Below, piece after piece: positions 42,736 through 53,726 of a DNA stretch of 64,000 nt. Numbering within the stretch: position 1 is the first letter of the stretch; each line of letters begins with the position of its first letter. The DNA comes from Prochlorococcus sp. scB245a_519A13. Its GTDB lineage: Bacteria; Cyanobacteriota; Cyanobacteriia; PCC-6307; Cyanobiaceae. A model generated the notes under the pieces. The model was given only the letters and a program-made list of their open reading frames with translations, ran no database searches and was not told the DNA's origin. The DNA is taken from contig JFNH01000096.1 in assembly GCA_000634415.1 (NCBI GenBank), positions 47,682 through 111,681 on the forward strand. Direction: 5' to 3'. A program made the translations under genes and the position numbers.

Positions 42736-44244
42736 ATGAAGAATAATTTCGTAGAAAACATCAAAGATGAAAAATATTTTAATTCATTGATTGAAGATAT
42801 AGAGAATAGCAAAGTTGGATTTTACAGTGTTGGTTTATATCCTGCATCATTAGCATACAACTGTGCTATGCATGGAAAATCAAATAATATTCTCTTGGCT
42901 CCTAGGGAAGATAGAGATTTGTTAGGTGCTTTCTCAAATGATGTTATTTCTGATATGGATAATGAGATTATTGAAAAGATTAAAGGAATGGGAAATTATT
43001 CTTCAGAGGGAAAAATAAAGTCTTTTGATCTAAAAGATCTTCTCTTGAAATGTGAGATGGTTATTCTTGCTTCAAATAGTAATCACATACAAGATGATGT
43101 TAAAAATGCTTTAGAACTCAGAAAAAATTTAAAAAGAGAAAATGTTGTTCTTGGCTGTCTAGTCGGTTCTTTTTGTATAGATAATAAAAATAAAAACCCT
43201 TTTATTCTTTGTAATAAATATCCAAATTTAGCTTTTTTTACAGGATTTCATCGTCACGGAGCTTTACGAAATCCTAATGATAGTTTTACTGCAAATTTCT
43301 GCCATCCCGATGCGCTAACAGCATTAATAGGAGCACGCATTTTGAATCAATTATCACCGAAAATTCAAGTTTCTCCTGGAGTTCACAATATTGAATGTCA
43401 ATATATAAAATCAATAAAAAATATCTCATCAATATTTGCAGGTTTTGTAAATAACTTTCATTCCGATAAGCCAGGAATGCTGCCTACTATTAATACGATT
43501 TTGTTAACTCAATGTTTAGATCAGGCTGCATCAGTATCAATAAAAGTTAGAAAAGAAAATAAATTAGAGAATAAATATCTTTCATTAAAAGAACTTGGTT
43601 ATGGTGAAGAAATAATTAGTGCAAGGGAAATAATTAATGATAAATTTTGTGAAAAAGGAGATTATACTTTTTCTCAATTAAATGCTGTTAAGGCTGATGT
43701 CTTAGGGAGTATGACTCTACCAACTGAAGGAAAACCAACACGGAATTTTCAAGCAGGACAAGTTTTATCAGATATGCTTTTGCAACTCAACAGATGTCCA
43801 AAAGATGTCTCAGAATTTGTAAATTGGTGTAATAAATACTCTCTCAGTCAAGGAGGTTTAGAAGGTCTAAAATCTTTAAAATTTTGGCCAGACATTTATA
43901 AAGAATTCAAAATTAAAAATAACAATTGTTCAATGATTAATCTGATTTATTTATGCTTTAATGCTAATTCAGAAGAAAAAAAAGAAATTTATAAGGTTTT
44001 AATTAGTTCAGAAGAAATCACTAATTTTTGTCAAGAATCTGTGAAATCTGAATTTTCTTTCGAACTAAATGAAAAATTAAAAGGAGATTATCTTTTTGAT
44101 GATATTGAAAACTTTTATAAGAAATTATTGATTGAAAAAGAGCAAAACGCACTTAAAACAAATAAATATAGTAATCAAATTTCTACAAAAAATCCTTGTT
44201 ATATCAATGTATTAAAAATTATTAATAAATATTTTAATAATTGA
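42736..44244 (+). CDS. Hypothetical protein resembling a divergent NAD(P)H-dependent glycerol-3-phosphate dehydrogenase (GpsA fold)
   Basis: 502-aa ORF with, in order, VGFYSVGLYPASLA, MVILASNS, IKNISSIFAG, ADVLGS...TRNFQAG and LEGL. The CDS is secure; the function is inferred. Confidence 0.6.
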   Translation: MKNNFVENIKDEKYFNSLIEDIENSKVGFYSVGLYPASLAYNCAMHGKSNNILLAPREDRDLLGAFSNDVISDMDNEIIEKIKGMGNYSSEGKIKSFDLKDLLLKCEMVILASNSNHIQDDVKNALELRKNLKRENVVLGCLVGSFCIDNKNKNPFILCNKYPNLAFFTGFHRHGALRNPNDSFTANFCHPDALTALIGARILNQLSPKIQVSPGVHNIECQYIKSIKNISSIFAGFVNNFHSDKPGMLPTINTILLTQCLDQAASVSIKVRKENKLENKYLSLKELGYGEEIISAREIINDKFCEKGDYTFSQLNAVKADVLGSMTLPTEGKPTRNFQAGQVLSDMLLQLNRCPKDVSEFVNWCNKYSLSQGGLEGLKSLKFWPDIYKEFKIKNNNCSMINLIYLCFNANSEEKKEIYKVLISSEEITNFCQESVKSEFSFELNEKLKGDYLFDDIENFYKKLLIEKEQNALKTNKYSNQISTKNPCYINVLKIINKYFNN

Positions 44245-44337
44245 TTATTTTTCTAATTTGCTAGAAAGCAAAGTTCTTAATTTATTTACTAATCTTGATT
44301 GCAGGGTTAGAATTATTATGGTTTAAAAGGTTTTTTT

Positions 44338-44997
44338 TTGAAAAAGGAATTAACTCATCGTTCTCATGAACTTAAAGCTCTTGGTTGGAATCAAGAAGAC
44401 TTAACAAGATACGAAGATTTATGGGACTACAGTCAAAGATGGGGATTAATAAATTTAGAAAGAGAAGACAGACAGTTTTTAAAGAAGGCAGAAAAGTTAC
44501 TCCCAAAGATCCAAAATAAAAAGATATCCGTTAAAAAAACTATTGAAGAAAAATCTTATTATCTATGGTTAAATTTTTACCTCGATGAAATTAATATTTT
44601 TAGTAATTCTAATCTTCCAAAAAATAAATATGGTGTTTGGACACTCTTAATTGAAGAGGAAATAAAACTTCTTAAGGAATTACAGCCAGTTATGGGTCTT
44701 CCAGATACTTTAAAAGCTAAGAATCTATTCGAAAATAGAAAAGAGCTTATAAATAAAGCTTTTAGCGAATTTGATGCTAAAAGTAATGACAAGGTTTTCA
44801 ACTTTGATGAAGTTTTAAACAACTCTGAAAAAGATGTTGGTAAGAATTGGAAATCAATTACTGAAAAAGATCCTGAGGCTAATAAAAATTTTCCAATAAT
44901 TGAATCTGCAAATATTGAGAAACTCAGATCTGCGATAAAAGAGGATTTGAGTACATATATGAAAGATAATTACCCCTCATTAAAAAAGGATTTATAA
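44338..44997 (+). CDS. Conserved hypothetical protein
   Basis: 219-aa ORF, helical and charged (ELKALGW...RYEDLWDYSQRWG). Confidence 0.75.
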   Translation: MKKELTHRSHELKALGWNQEDLTRYEDLWDYSQRWGLINLEREDRQFLKKAEKLLPKIQNKKISVKKTIEEKSYYLWLNFYLDEINIFSNSNLPKNKYGVWTLLIEEEIKLLKELQPVMGLPDTLKAKNLFENRKELINKAFSEFDAKSNDKVFNFDEVLNNSEKDVGKNWKSITEKDPEANKNFPIIESANIEKLRSAIKEDLSTYMKDNYPSLKKDL

Positions 44998-45061
44998 ATA
45001 TTTATCTTTTTTTTGTTTTTTTTGGACTTTTCTAAGTTAAATAGATAATAGGATTATTTAA

Positions 45062-46396
<1,335 letters not shown>

Positions 46397-46409
46397 GAAA
46401 GGAGATTTA

Positions 46410-47300
46410 TTGGCTTTAATAATTCCTAGTAACTATCACAAAATTAGTGATGTTGAGAAAAATCATATATCTTGGATCGAACCAGAATTGGCAAAAAGAC
46501 AGGATATACGTCCTCTTAGGATTGGTATTTTAAATATCATGCCTCTTGGCAAGCAGTATGAATTTAACTTGCTACATCCACTTGGTTTATCTCCCCTTCA
46601 AATTGAGCCAGTTTGGATAAAGCTTAAAACTCACTCTTATAAAACATGGGATCTTAATCATCTGAATAATTTATACATTACTTGGGAAGAAGCAAATAAT
46701 CCAGAACCGTTAGATGGAATAATTATTACTGGAGCACCTATTGAACACTTAGCCTTTGAGGAGGTTAAGTATTGGGACGAATTTGTAAAAATTGTAAATG
46801 AAGCCAGAAATTCTTGTGCGAGTACTCTTGGATTATGTTGGGCTGGCTTTGCGCTGGCTTATTTGGCAGGGGTTGATAAGAAAGTTTTTGATAGGAAATT
46901 ATTTGGGGTATTCCCTTTAAAAAGTCTTGTTCCTGGACACCCTTTGATGGGTACACAAGATGATGAATTTATTTGTCCTCAAAGTAGATTTGCTGGATTA
47001 CCAGATTTGGACATGGAGAAAGCCCAAAAAGAAGGGAAATTGAATTTGTTGGCTTATGGAGAAAACGTTGGATATACAATATTTGAATCTAATGATCAAA
47101 AACAACTTATGCATTTAGGTCATCCTGAATATACGGTGCATAGAATTATTAGTGAAATTGAAAGAGACAAAGAAAAGGGAGATGTTCCTCCTCCTAAAAA
47201 TTTTGATCCAAATAGTTCAAAAACTGCTTGGAGGTCTCATAGGAATTTGCTTTTTCAACAATGGCTTTGGTTCTGTTATCAACAAGTTAGTCTTAATTAA
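46410..47300 (+). CDS. metA: Homoserine O-acyltransferase (MetA family, probably acetyl-CoA specific)
   Basis: QDIRPLRIGILNIMP, ITGAPIE, LCWA, PQSR, GHPEY and WRSH. Confidence 0.93.
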   Translation: MALIIPSNYHKISDVEKNHISWIEPELAKRQDIRPLRIGILNIMPLGKQYEFNLLHPLGLSPLQIEPVWIKLKTHSYKTWDLNHLNNLYITWEEANNPEPLDGIIITGAPIEHLAFEEVKYWDEFVKIVNEARNSCASTLGLCWAGFALAYLAGVDKKVFDRKLFGVFPLKSLVPGHPLMGTQDDEFICPQSRFAGLPDLDMEKAQKEGKLNLLAYGENVGYTIFESNDQKQLMHLGHPEYTVHRIISEIERDKEKGDVPPPKNFDPNSSKTAWRSHRNLLFQQWLWFCYQQVSLN

Positions 47301-47304
47301 CTTT

Positions 47305-48870
47305 TTAATGAGCGCTTTCAATACCACCTAGTCTTTCAAATAAGTTAAGACTTTCTTTATTTAATCCTACAATTTCAACTTTAGAACCACCATTCTGGAA
47401 CTTTCTAATAATTTGCTCAAGAGCAACAACTCCACTTTGATCCCAAATATGAGCTAAAGACATATCAATTACAATATTTTCTGGATGTTCATGAATATCA
47501 AATCCTTGTAAGAAATAAATTTTACTTACAAAAAATAATTGTCCTTTTACTTTGTAGGTAGTCAAATTATTTTCTTTAGCTCTTGAGACAGTTATAACTT
47601 TTGCGACTTTTCTGCTGAAAAGGATTGCAGCTAAAGCAACTCCAGCAATAACTCCAAGTGCAAGATTATGAGGTTTTGTCAGCATTGTAACCGCAAAAGT
47701 CATAAGCATTACTGCAGTATCACTTTTAGGTATCTTTCTAATATTTTTTAATCCATTTATATCTGCTGTACTTATCGCGATCGTTATCATGATTGCTACT
47801 AAAGCAGCCATCGGTATTGCTCCAATCCAAGACTTCAAGAGGATAATCATAATTAGTAGAGATATACCTGAGGAGAGAGTTGATAATCTAGATTTACCAC
47901 CATTTTCAGTATTCATAACAGATTGCCCAACTAAGGCACATCCTGCCATTCCACCAAATAAGGATGCCACAATATTTGCGATTCCCTGTCCTCTTGCTTC
48001 TTTATTTTTATTAGAACTTGTATCAGTTACATCGTCTAAAATGTCTTGAGTTAAAAAGGTTTCCATTAAACCCACGAGAGATATTGCAAGTGAAGTCGGT
48101 AAAATAATTCCTAATGTTTCAAGGCTAAAAGGTACTTTCCCATTTTCTATTGATCCAAAAGGAAGTGAAATACTTGGTAATCCATCAGGTAATTTACCCA
48201 AATCGCTAACTGTTGGGACATCTAGATTCAAAAATATGCTTATGAGAGTAATTACTACTATCGCGATAAGTTGAGATGGGACTACTTTTGTGATTTTTGG
48301 AAGCCCATAGATAATTATTAATCCTAGGATTACAAGAACCCAAACTACTGGGATCTGAGAGTTAACTGGATACTGACTCAAAGTTTGTTCAATTAATCCT
48401 TTTGATGCTTTAATACCTATTCCTAACTGAGGTAGTTGTGCCTGAAATATTAAAAGCGCCAGTGCATTTACAAATCCACTTAATACTCCCGTTGGCACGA
48501 ATCGCATTTGGTAGGCAAGTCTTAAATATCCCCAAAGAATTTGGAAAATTCCAGTTAATATTCCAGCTGCAATAAGATATGGGACTCCTAATCCAGGAGC
48601 TTGTGATTCTCCATAAGCAACAAGTCCAGTCATCAAAAGAGCTGTTGAACCTGTAGCTGAAGTGATCATCCCCCTTCTTCCTCCAACAATCGCAATTGTT
48701 ATAGATAAGCAAAATGCACCAAAAAGGCCAACTTTAGGATCTACACCAGCTATACCTGAAAAAGCAATTGCTTCTGGGATCATTGCAAAAGCAACAACTA
48801 ATCCTGAGAGAATATTTGACTTTGGATCATCTAACCAATTTTTAGATAAATATCTTGAGAAATTTGACAT
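47305..48870 (-). CDS. SulP-family anion transporter with STAS domain
   Basis: IPEAIAF, GGMAGCA and C-terminal GQLFF...IWDQSG STAS segment. Confidence 0.92.
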   Translation of the reverse strand: MSNFSRYLSKNWLDDPKSNILSGLVVAFAMIPEAIAFSGIAGVDPKVGLFGAFCLSITIAIVGGRRGMITSATGSTALLMTGLVAYGESQAPGLGVPYLIAAGILTGIFQILWGYLRLAYQMRFVPTGVLSGFVNALALLIFQAQLPQLGIGIKASKGLIEQTLSQYPVNSQIPVVWVLVILGLIIIYGLPKITKVVPSQLIAIVVITLISIFLNLDVPTVSDLGKLPDGLPSISLPFGSIENGKVPFSLETLGIILPTSLAISLVGLMETFLTQDILDDVTDTSSNKNKEARGQGIANIVASLFGGMAGCALVGQSVMNTENGGKSRLSTLSSGISLLIMIILLKSWIGAIPMAALVAIMITIAISTADINGLKNIRKIPKSDTAVMLMTFAVTMLTKPHNLALGVIAGVALAAILFSRKVAKVITVSRAKENNLTTYKVKGQLFFVSKIYFLQGFDIHEHPENIVIDMSLAHIWDQSGVVALEQIIRKFQNGGSKVEIVGLNKESLNLFERLGGIESAH

Positions 48871-48900
48871 TTTAAGTTTCTTTATGATTAAGAAGTTACC

Positions 48901-50181
48901 TCATAAAGGAGGCAAAATACCTTGTGGGTCAAAAATATTCTTTAAAGTTTTTAATTCATTCATTCTATCTCCAAAGGCTAATGTAATTTCTTCATCATGA
49001 GAATTCAAATGATTATGCAATTGGGCTAAGTGAATATTTGGATAAAACTTTTTTAGCTTGCCCCATGATTTATAAATCCATTCCAAAGCGACTTCTTTTT
49101 CTTGAAGATCATTTTTTTTCCACGATGCATATATCCATGGTTTCCAAGTGCTTTTTCTATGAACAAAAAAGCTTGAGCCATGATTTAACTTTTTAGTTTT
49201 GCAACCTAATTGTTGAGAAGCAATGTAACAGGAATTATTGGGTTTATTATCCATTATTTCATTCAAACATTTTATGAAAATTGGAATATCATTTTTTAAA
49301 TCTTCTCCAAGAAGACTAATTACCTCAGAATGGTTATTTGCATTAAGCTCATATAAATTCAATTCCTTAGGAAAGAAATTTATTTTGTTAAAATTTTCAT
49401 AAAATTGTTTTTCAAGAGTAGGGAATTCGTCTAGAAGCATTAGGCATTCTTCTGTTCTTTTATCCTCTAAATTATTTTTGAGTTCAGCAAAAATATATAT
49501 GTAAATTTTTTGGGCATAAATCCATTGAAGACTAATATTTTCTGGAAATTCCTCTGATAGTTTTATTATTTCTGTAAGTTCATTTAGAGTTACAAATCCT
49601 TCAATAACCTTAATTGAATTAGATTGGATAGTCTTAAGTTCTATTTCGGTAATAATTGAAAAGAACGGTGCTGCGCCTTTAATTGCTTCCCAAATCAATT
49701 GTTCTTCTGGATTTATTTGATTTTTTTTCAAAGAAATAAACGTGCCATTACCCAAAAAACCTTTTATTGATTCAATATTATCAATTGCTAATCCGTAGGT
49801 TCTACTGAGCGGGCTTACTCCACCAGTAAGTATATAGCCTGCTCCAGGAAGTTTAGAAAGTCCGATTGGAAAACTTCGATTATATTTTTGTAAATGATTT
49901 AATAGATCCCCCATTATTACACCACCTCCAATTGTTACTAAATTGGTTTTTCTATCTAGATGAATTTTGCTGTGATTTTTTCTTAGATCAAGAGTTGTGA
50001 AACCATTTTTTGCACAGCTAGAAGTTGTACCTCCACTACACACGCAAAGGTGCTCGAATTTTTCGTAAGAATAGTTATCCTCATTAAATAAGGATTCATC
50101 CACGTCATAAATTAATTTTTTTAATTTTGCATCCTTTGAGTTGATATTTGGAACTTCAAGCAAGTTATTATTATTTTTCAC
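48901..50181 (-). CDS. FAD-binding oxidoreductase (PCMH/BBE-like)
   Basis: VCSGG, GYILTGG...YGLAIDNI, WEAIKGA and C-terminal LKNIFDPQGIL. Confidence 0.8.
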   Translation of the reverse strand: MKNNNNLLEVPNINSKDAKLKKLIYDVDESLFNEDNYSYEKFEHLCVCSGGTTSSCAKNGFTTLDLRKNHSKIHLDRKTNLVTIGGGVIMGDLLNHLQKYNRSFPIGLSKLPGAGYILTGGVSPLSRTYGLAIDNIESIKGFLGNGTFISLKKNQINPEEQLIWEAIKGAAPFFSIITEIELKTIQSNSIKVIEGFVTLNELTEIIKLSEEFPENISLQWIYAQKIYIYIFAELKNNLEDKRTEECLMLLDEFPTLEKQFYENFNKINFFPKELNLYELNANNHSEVISLLGEDLKNDIPIFIKCLNEIMDNKPNNSCYIASQQLGCKTKKLNHGSSFFVHRKSTWKPWIYASWKKNDLQEKEVALEWIYKSWGKLKKFYPNIHLAQLHNHLNSHDEEITLAFGDRMNELKTLKNIFDPQGILPPL

Positions 50182-50222
50182 TACATGATATTGTTCTTTA
50201 CTATTATGATATAAGTAATAAT

Positions 50223-51353
50223 TTGAATTTGGATAATTTAGATTTGAAGTTAAATAATCAAGTCGCGATACTAATCTGTGGACATGGGAGTAGAAATAAA
50301 CTAGCCATTACTGAATTTCAAGAATTAACTAATTTCATCCAAAAAAGATATCCAAACTTTTTAGTTGAATATGGTTTCTTGGAATTTGCTAAACCTTCGA
50401 TTGTTGATGCTTTAGATAAGTTAAAAGGTCTTTCTATAAAAAAAGTAATTGCAATACCTGCAATGCTTTTCGCTGCTGGCCATGTAAAAAATGATATACC
50501 TAGCCTGCTTATGAATTATTCAAGTAAAACAGGAATTGAAATAATTTATGGAAGAGAATTAGGTATTAATAATTTAATGATTAGTGCAGCTTGTGAAAGA
50601 GTAAAAGATGTATTTAAACAAAATAATAATCTCAAACCTGAAGAATCATTATTAGTTGTTGTGGGTAGAGGCTCTTCTGACCCAGATGCGAATTCCAATG
50701 TTTCAAAAATTACGAGAATGATCGTTGAGGGTATTGGTTTAGGGTGGGGGGAAACAGTTTTTTCTGGAGTAACTTTCCCACTTGTTGAACCTGGCTTGAA
50801 AAATGTTGTGAGACTTGGTTATAAAAATATAATTGTTTTCCCTTATTTCCTTTTCTCAGGTGTCCTTGTTACAAGGATAAAAAGGCAAAGTGATTTAGTT
50901 GCGATTAATAATCCAAATATTTCATTTATACATGCAAAATATCTTTCGTCACAGTCTTATGTGGTCGACACTTTTGTAGAAAGGATTGAAGAGATTCTTA
51001 ATAACGAAGGTAATAATTTTATGAATTGCTCAACTTGTAAATATAGATCAAATTTATTTGGCTTTGAAAAAGAAGTTGGAATGGTCCAAGAAAGTCATCA
51101 TGACCATGTAGAGGGCTTGGGTATTAGCTGTGATTTATGTGATCCTGAATGTAATGGTGCTTGTGAAATACAAAATCAAATACCAATTCATAATCAAGAA
51201 AAATCAGACACAGGGAGAGGTGATTACTTAGAACATGAACATGTAGAGGCCCATAAACATGAACATAATCACCATCACCATCACCATTGTATTTATCCAA
51301 ATTCAAAACACCCTTTAGGACCTGTCACGCTTCGCTTGCCTAATAAAGATTAA
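50223..51353 (+). CDS. cbiX: Sirohydrochlorin cobaltochelatase (long CbiX) with His-rich tail
   Basis: CGHGSR, GFLEFA, AAGHVKNDIP, GRGSSD, PYFLFSG and MNCSTC, plus a His-rich C-terminus. The TTG at 50223 or 50229 is preferred because the track start (50148) overlaps the divergent gene. Confidence 0.9.
   Translation: MNLDNLDLKLNNQVAILICGHGSRNKLAITEFQELTNFIQKRYPNFLVEYGFLEFAKPSIVDALDKLKGLSIKKVIAIPAMLFAAGHVKNDIPSLLMNYSSKTGIEIIYGRELGINNLMISAACERVKDVFKQNNNLKPEESLLVVVGRGSSDPDANSNVSKITRMIVEGIGLGWGETVFSGVTFPLVEPGLKNVVRLGYKNIIVFPYFLFSGVLVTRIKRQSDLVAINNPNISFIHAKYLSSQSYVVDTFVERIEEILNNEGNNFMNCSTCKYRSNLFGFEKEVGMVQESHHDHVEGLGISCDLCDPECNGACEIQNQIPIHNQEKSDTGRGDYLEHEHVEAHKHEHNHHHHHHCIYPNSKHPLGPVTLRLPNKD
51270..51287 (+). 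repeat. (CACCAT)x3 coding tandem repeat in the CbiX His tail
   Basis: caccatcaccatcaccat encodes HHHHHH. Confidence 0.85.
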
Positions 51354-51471
51354 ATCTTAAGAAAATCCGTTGAAATCAATGAATCACCTGTCTCTTTCTT
51401 GAGTAAGTCTTAATAGACTCAGTATATATAAGTATTCTTAATATAAAATCGTAAAAGTATTTTGAGCTAGA

Positions 51472-51513
51472 TTTTCCACAATTTGCAGGTTGTTTTCCAC
51501 GTCCAAATCCACA
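51472..51513 (+). promoter_or_regulatory. Cluster of DnaA-box-like 9-mers
   Basis: TTTTCCACA (51472), TTTTCCACG (51493) and AAATCCACA (51505), all in one orientation in intergenic DNA. Confidence 0.45.
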
Positions 51514-51734
51514 CTGGATTAGAAATGGCAGTATTTTTCAAAAAAAACAGGACTTCAACATTATTGTTGACTTTTTTTTAAGATCTATTCAATTTCCTTA
51601 TTTGAAAAAGAAGTTTTTTAAAAACATATATATAACATGAGTCTTATTTGATAATTTGAAAAGTTTACCAGAAGATTTTTCTTGATATTTTTAGAGAAAA
51701 CTACCATTATTGTTGATGTAGAAAAAATAAATTT

Positions 51735-51992
51735 ATGGATCAAATCAACCAAACAAATTTAACTGATAAGAAACTCGTAGAGTGCTCTTCAAATAAAGTC
51801 TCATTAGAAACAGAGCTTTCAGAAACTCTTTATAACACTATGAAAGATTTCGTATTAAGTAACCCAACTTGGGATCAATATAAGCTTATAAATTCAGCAT
51901 TAGCTACTTTTCTCGTTCAAAATGGTTGTACAGATAATTCTGTCTCAGAAATTTATTTAAATCAATTATTTACACCTTCTAAGTCTTTTTAA
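51735..51992 (+). CDS. DUF2811-family protein (RHH-like)
   Basis: VSLETELSETLYNTMKDFVLSNPTWDQYKLINSALATFLVQNG. Confidence 0.8.
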   Translation: MDQINQTNLTDKKLVECSSNKVSLETELSETLYNTMKDFVLSNPTWDQYKLINSALATFLVQNGCTDNSVSEIYLNQLFTPSKSF

Positions 51993-53619
51993 TATTTAAA
52001 CAGGCTCTTCTACTCAAGGCCATCATTGTAAGTGTAGGGCTTTGCCAAGATGATGTGGTCCAGCATGCTCCATCTAGTACCAGTACATTCTTACATCTCC
52101 ACAATCTGTTAAATTTATCAACTACGCTATTTTCTTCATTTAATCCCATTGGTGCTCCCCCTACCTCATGAATATAATATCCAGGAGGAGGAGGACTATC
52201 TGAAAGTGCTATCAAATTTTTTGTAAATAAGCTCCCTAATGGAATATTCATTAGTTCATCAATATTTTTTATTTTCCCATTTGCAGCTTTGACTGATTTT
52301 TGTATTGTTTTTTCCATATGTTTTGCCATATTTAACTCATTCTCGCTCCATTCGAATTCAATGTAGGGAATTGGTATTCCCCATTCATCTGTTTTTCTTG
52401 AGAGAGAAACTGAGTTTTTCTCTCTAGGAAGGACTTCACCATGGGCGATAAGAAAGCCAATGGATTTGTTTGCGTCTTTTTGTAAAAATTTAGGAATCCC
52501 TAATCTATCAATTGCCCCCCAGATTCCATAACCTCTATGGAAATTTATGTTGTCAATTTCTGGTAAATTTGAACCAAAAGGAATAAAGAAGCTGCCTGCT
52601 CCAGAAAGATCGGGAGGATTATCTTGTGATTTATCTGAGTTTTTTGCTTTTGGGACTGAAAAAAATCTACAGATAGATATGTGATCCATTAGGTATTTAC
52701 CTAATTTCCCAGAATTATCTTTAAACCCTGAGGAATTTGATTTGTATTCTGAGTTCAGTAGTATTCTCAGTGTTGAAATTGTTGATGCGCAAAGAAGAAT
52801 CAAATCACAATCCAATACATCTTTGTGTCCATTTTCTAGGTTTACAATCGTTAGTTTTGAGGCAAGCTCTGTTATATTGTTAATCTCAAAAGACTCCACT
52901 AGGTAATTAGAGATTATTTGTACATTTCCAGTATCTAAAGCTTTTTTAAAAGAGCTTCCTACGCTAGAGGACTTGGGCCAATTTTTTTCTTTTACAGATG
53001 AATTACGGTCAAATCCTCTTGATTGGATAAATGGATAATTTAATTTAGATTTAACTTTGCTGCCAAAAACATTTTCGTTTTCTGTAAGAGGAATTTCACC
53101 AATATATTTACCGTTTGGGACCTCCTTGATATCATCTTTACGTCCATAAATTCCGCAGAAATTTTCAATAAAATCGTAGTGCGGGGAAATTTCTTCGTAT
53201 GAAATAGGCCAGTTTGGCCCGAATCCGTCTTTTTTAGCCGGATGAAAGTCTTCTGGGGAAAGTCTTAATGTTATGCCTCCCCAGGTTAATGATCTCCCCC
53301 CATATTGTTTACCTTGTGTCCAAAGAAATGGCTTTTTTTTGGGGAAGTCATAAGGATGCTTCAATTCATTTGAATATAAGTCAGGATTATTTTTCCAATA
53401 ACCAGGATGTTGGCACTGATTGACATGTTTTTTTGTTATGACTCCTGATAATCTTTTTAATGTACTTTTTGGCTCATGATTACTAGCTTCATCCCTTTTA
53501 ACTTGAGGCCCTGCTTCTATTACTAAAACTTTGACCCCTTGTTCTGCCAATGTAAGTGCTGCTATTCCTCCTGTAGCTCCAGAACCAACAACAATTGCAT
53601 CATAAGGACTTATATCCAA
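51979..53619 (-). CDS. GMC-family FAD oxidoreductase
   Basis: DAIVVGSGATGG, GGRSLTWGG, GKYLMDH, HEVGGAPMG and PTLTMMAL. Confidence 0.92.
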   Translation of the reverse strand: MDISPYDAIVVGSGATGGIAALTLAEQGVKVLVIEAGPQVKRDEASNHEPKSTLKRLSGVITKKHVNQCQHPGYWKNNPDLYSNELKHPYDFPKKKPFLWTQGKQYGGRSLTWGGITLRLSPEDFHPAKKDGFGPNWPISYEEISPHYDFIENFCGIYGRKDDIKEVPNGKYIGEIPLTENENVFGSKVKSKLNYPFIQSRGFDRNSSVKEKNWPKSSSVGSSFKKALDTGNVQIISNYLVESFEINNITELASKLTIVNLENGHKDVLDCDLILLCASTISTLRILLNSEYKSNSSGFKDNSGKLGKYLMDHISICRFFSVPKAKNSDKSQDNPPDLSGAGSFFIPFGSNLPEIDNINFHRGYGIWGAIDRLGIPKFLQKDANKSIGFLIAHGEVLPREKNSVSLSRKTDEWGIPIPYIEFEWSENELNMAKHMEKTIQKSVKAANGKIKNIDELMNIPLGSLFTKNLIALSDSPPPPGYYIHEVGGAPMGLNEENSVVDKFNRLWRCKNVLVLDGACWTTSSWQSPTLTMMALSRRACLNIKKT

Positions 53620-53726
53620 AACCTATTTCGTGATTTGCTATTTCAATAAATATAGCATTCAGTAAATAATTAATTTTTAGATTTCAGCTTAAGAAGTTAG
53701 AATTTACTGAAATACTACTCAAACAA

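Noticed and set aside
50148-50222. Track N-terminal extension of CbiX overlapping the divergent FAD oxidase
   Set aside because: Longest-ORF artefact; an in-frame TTG at 50223/50229 removes the overlap.
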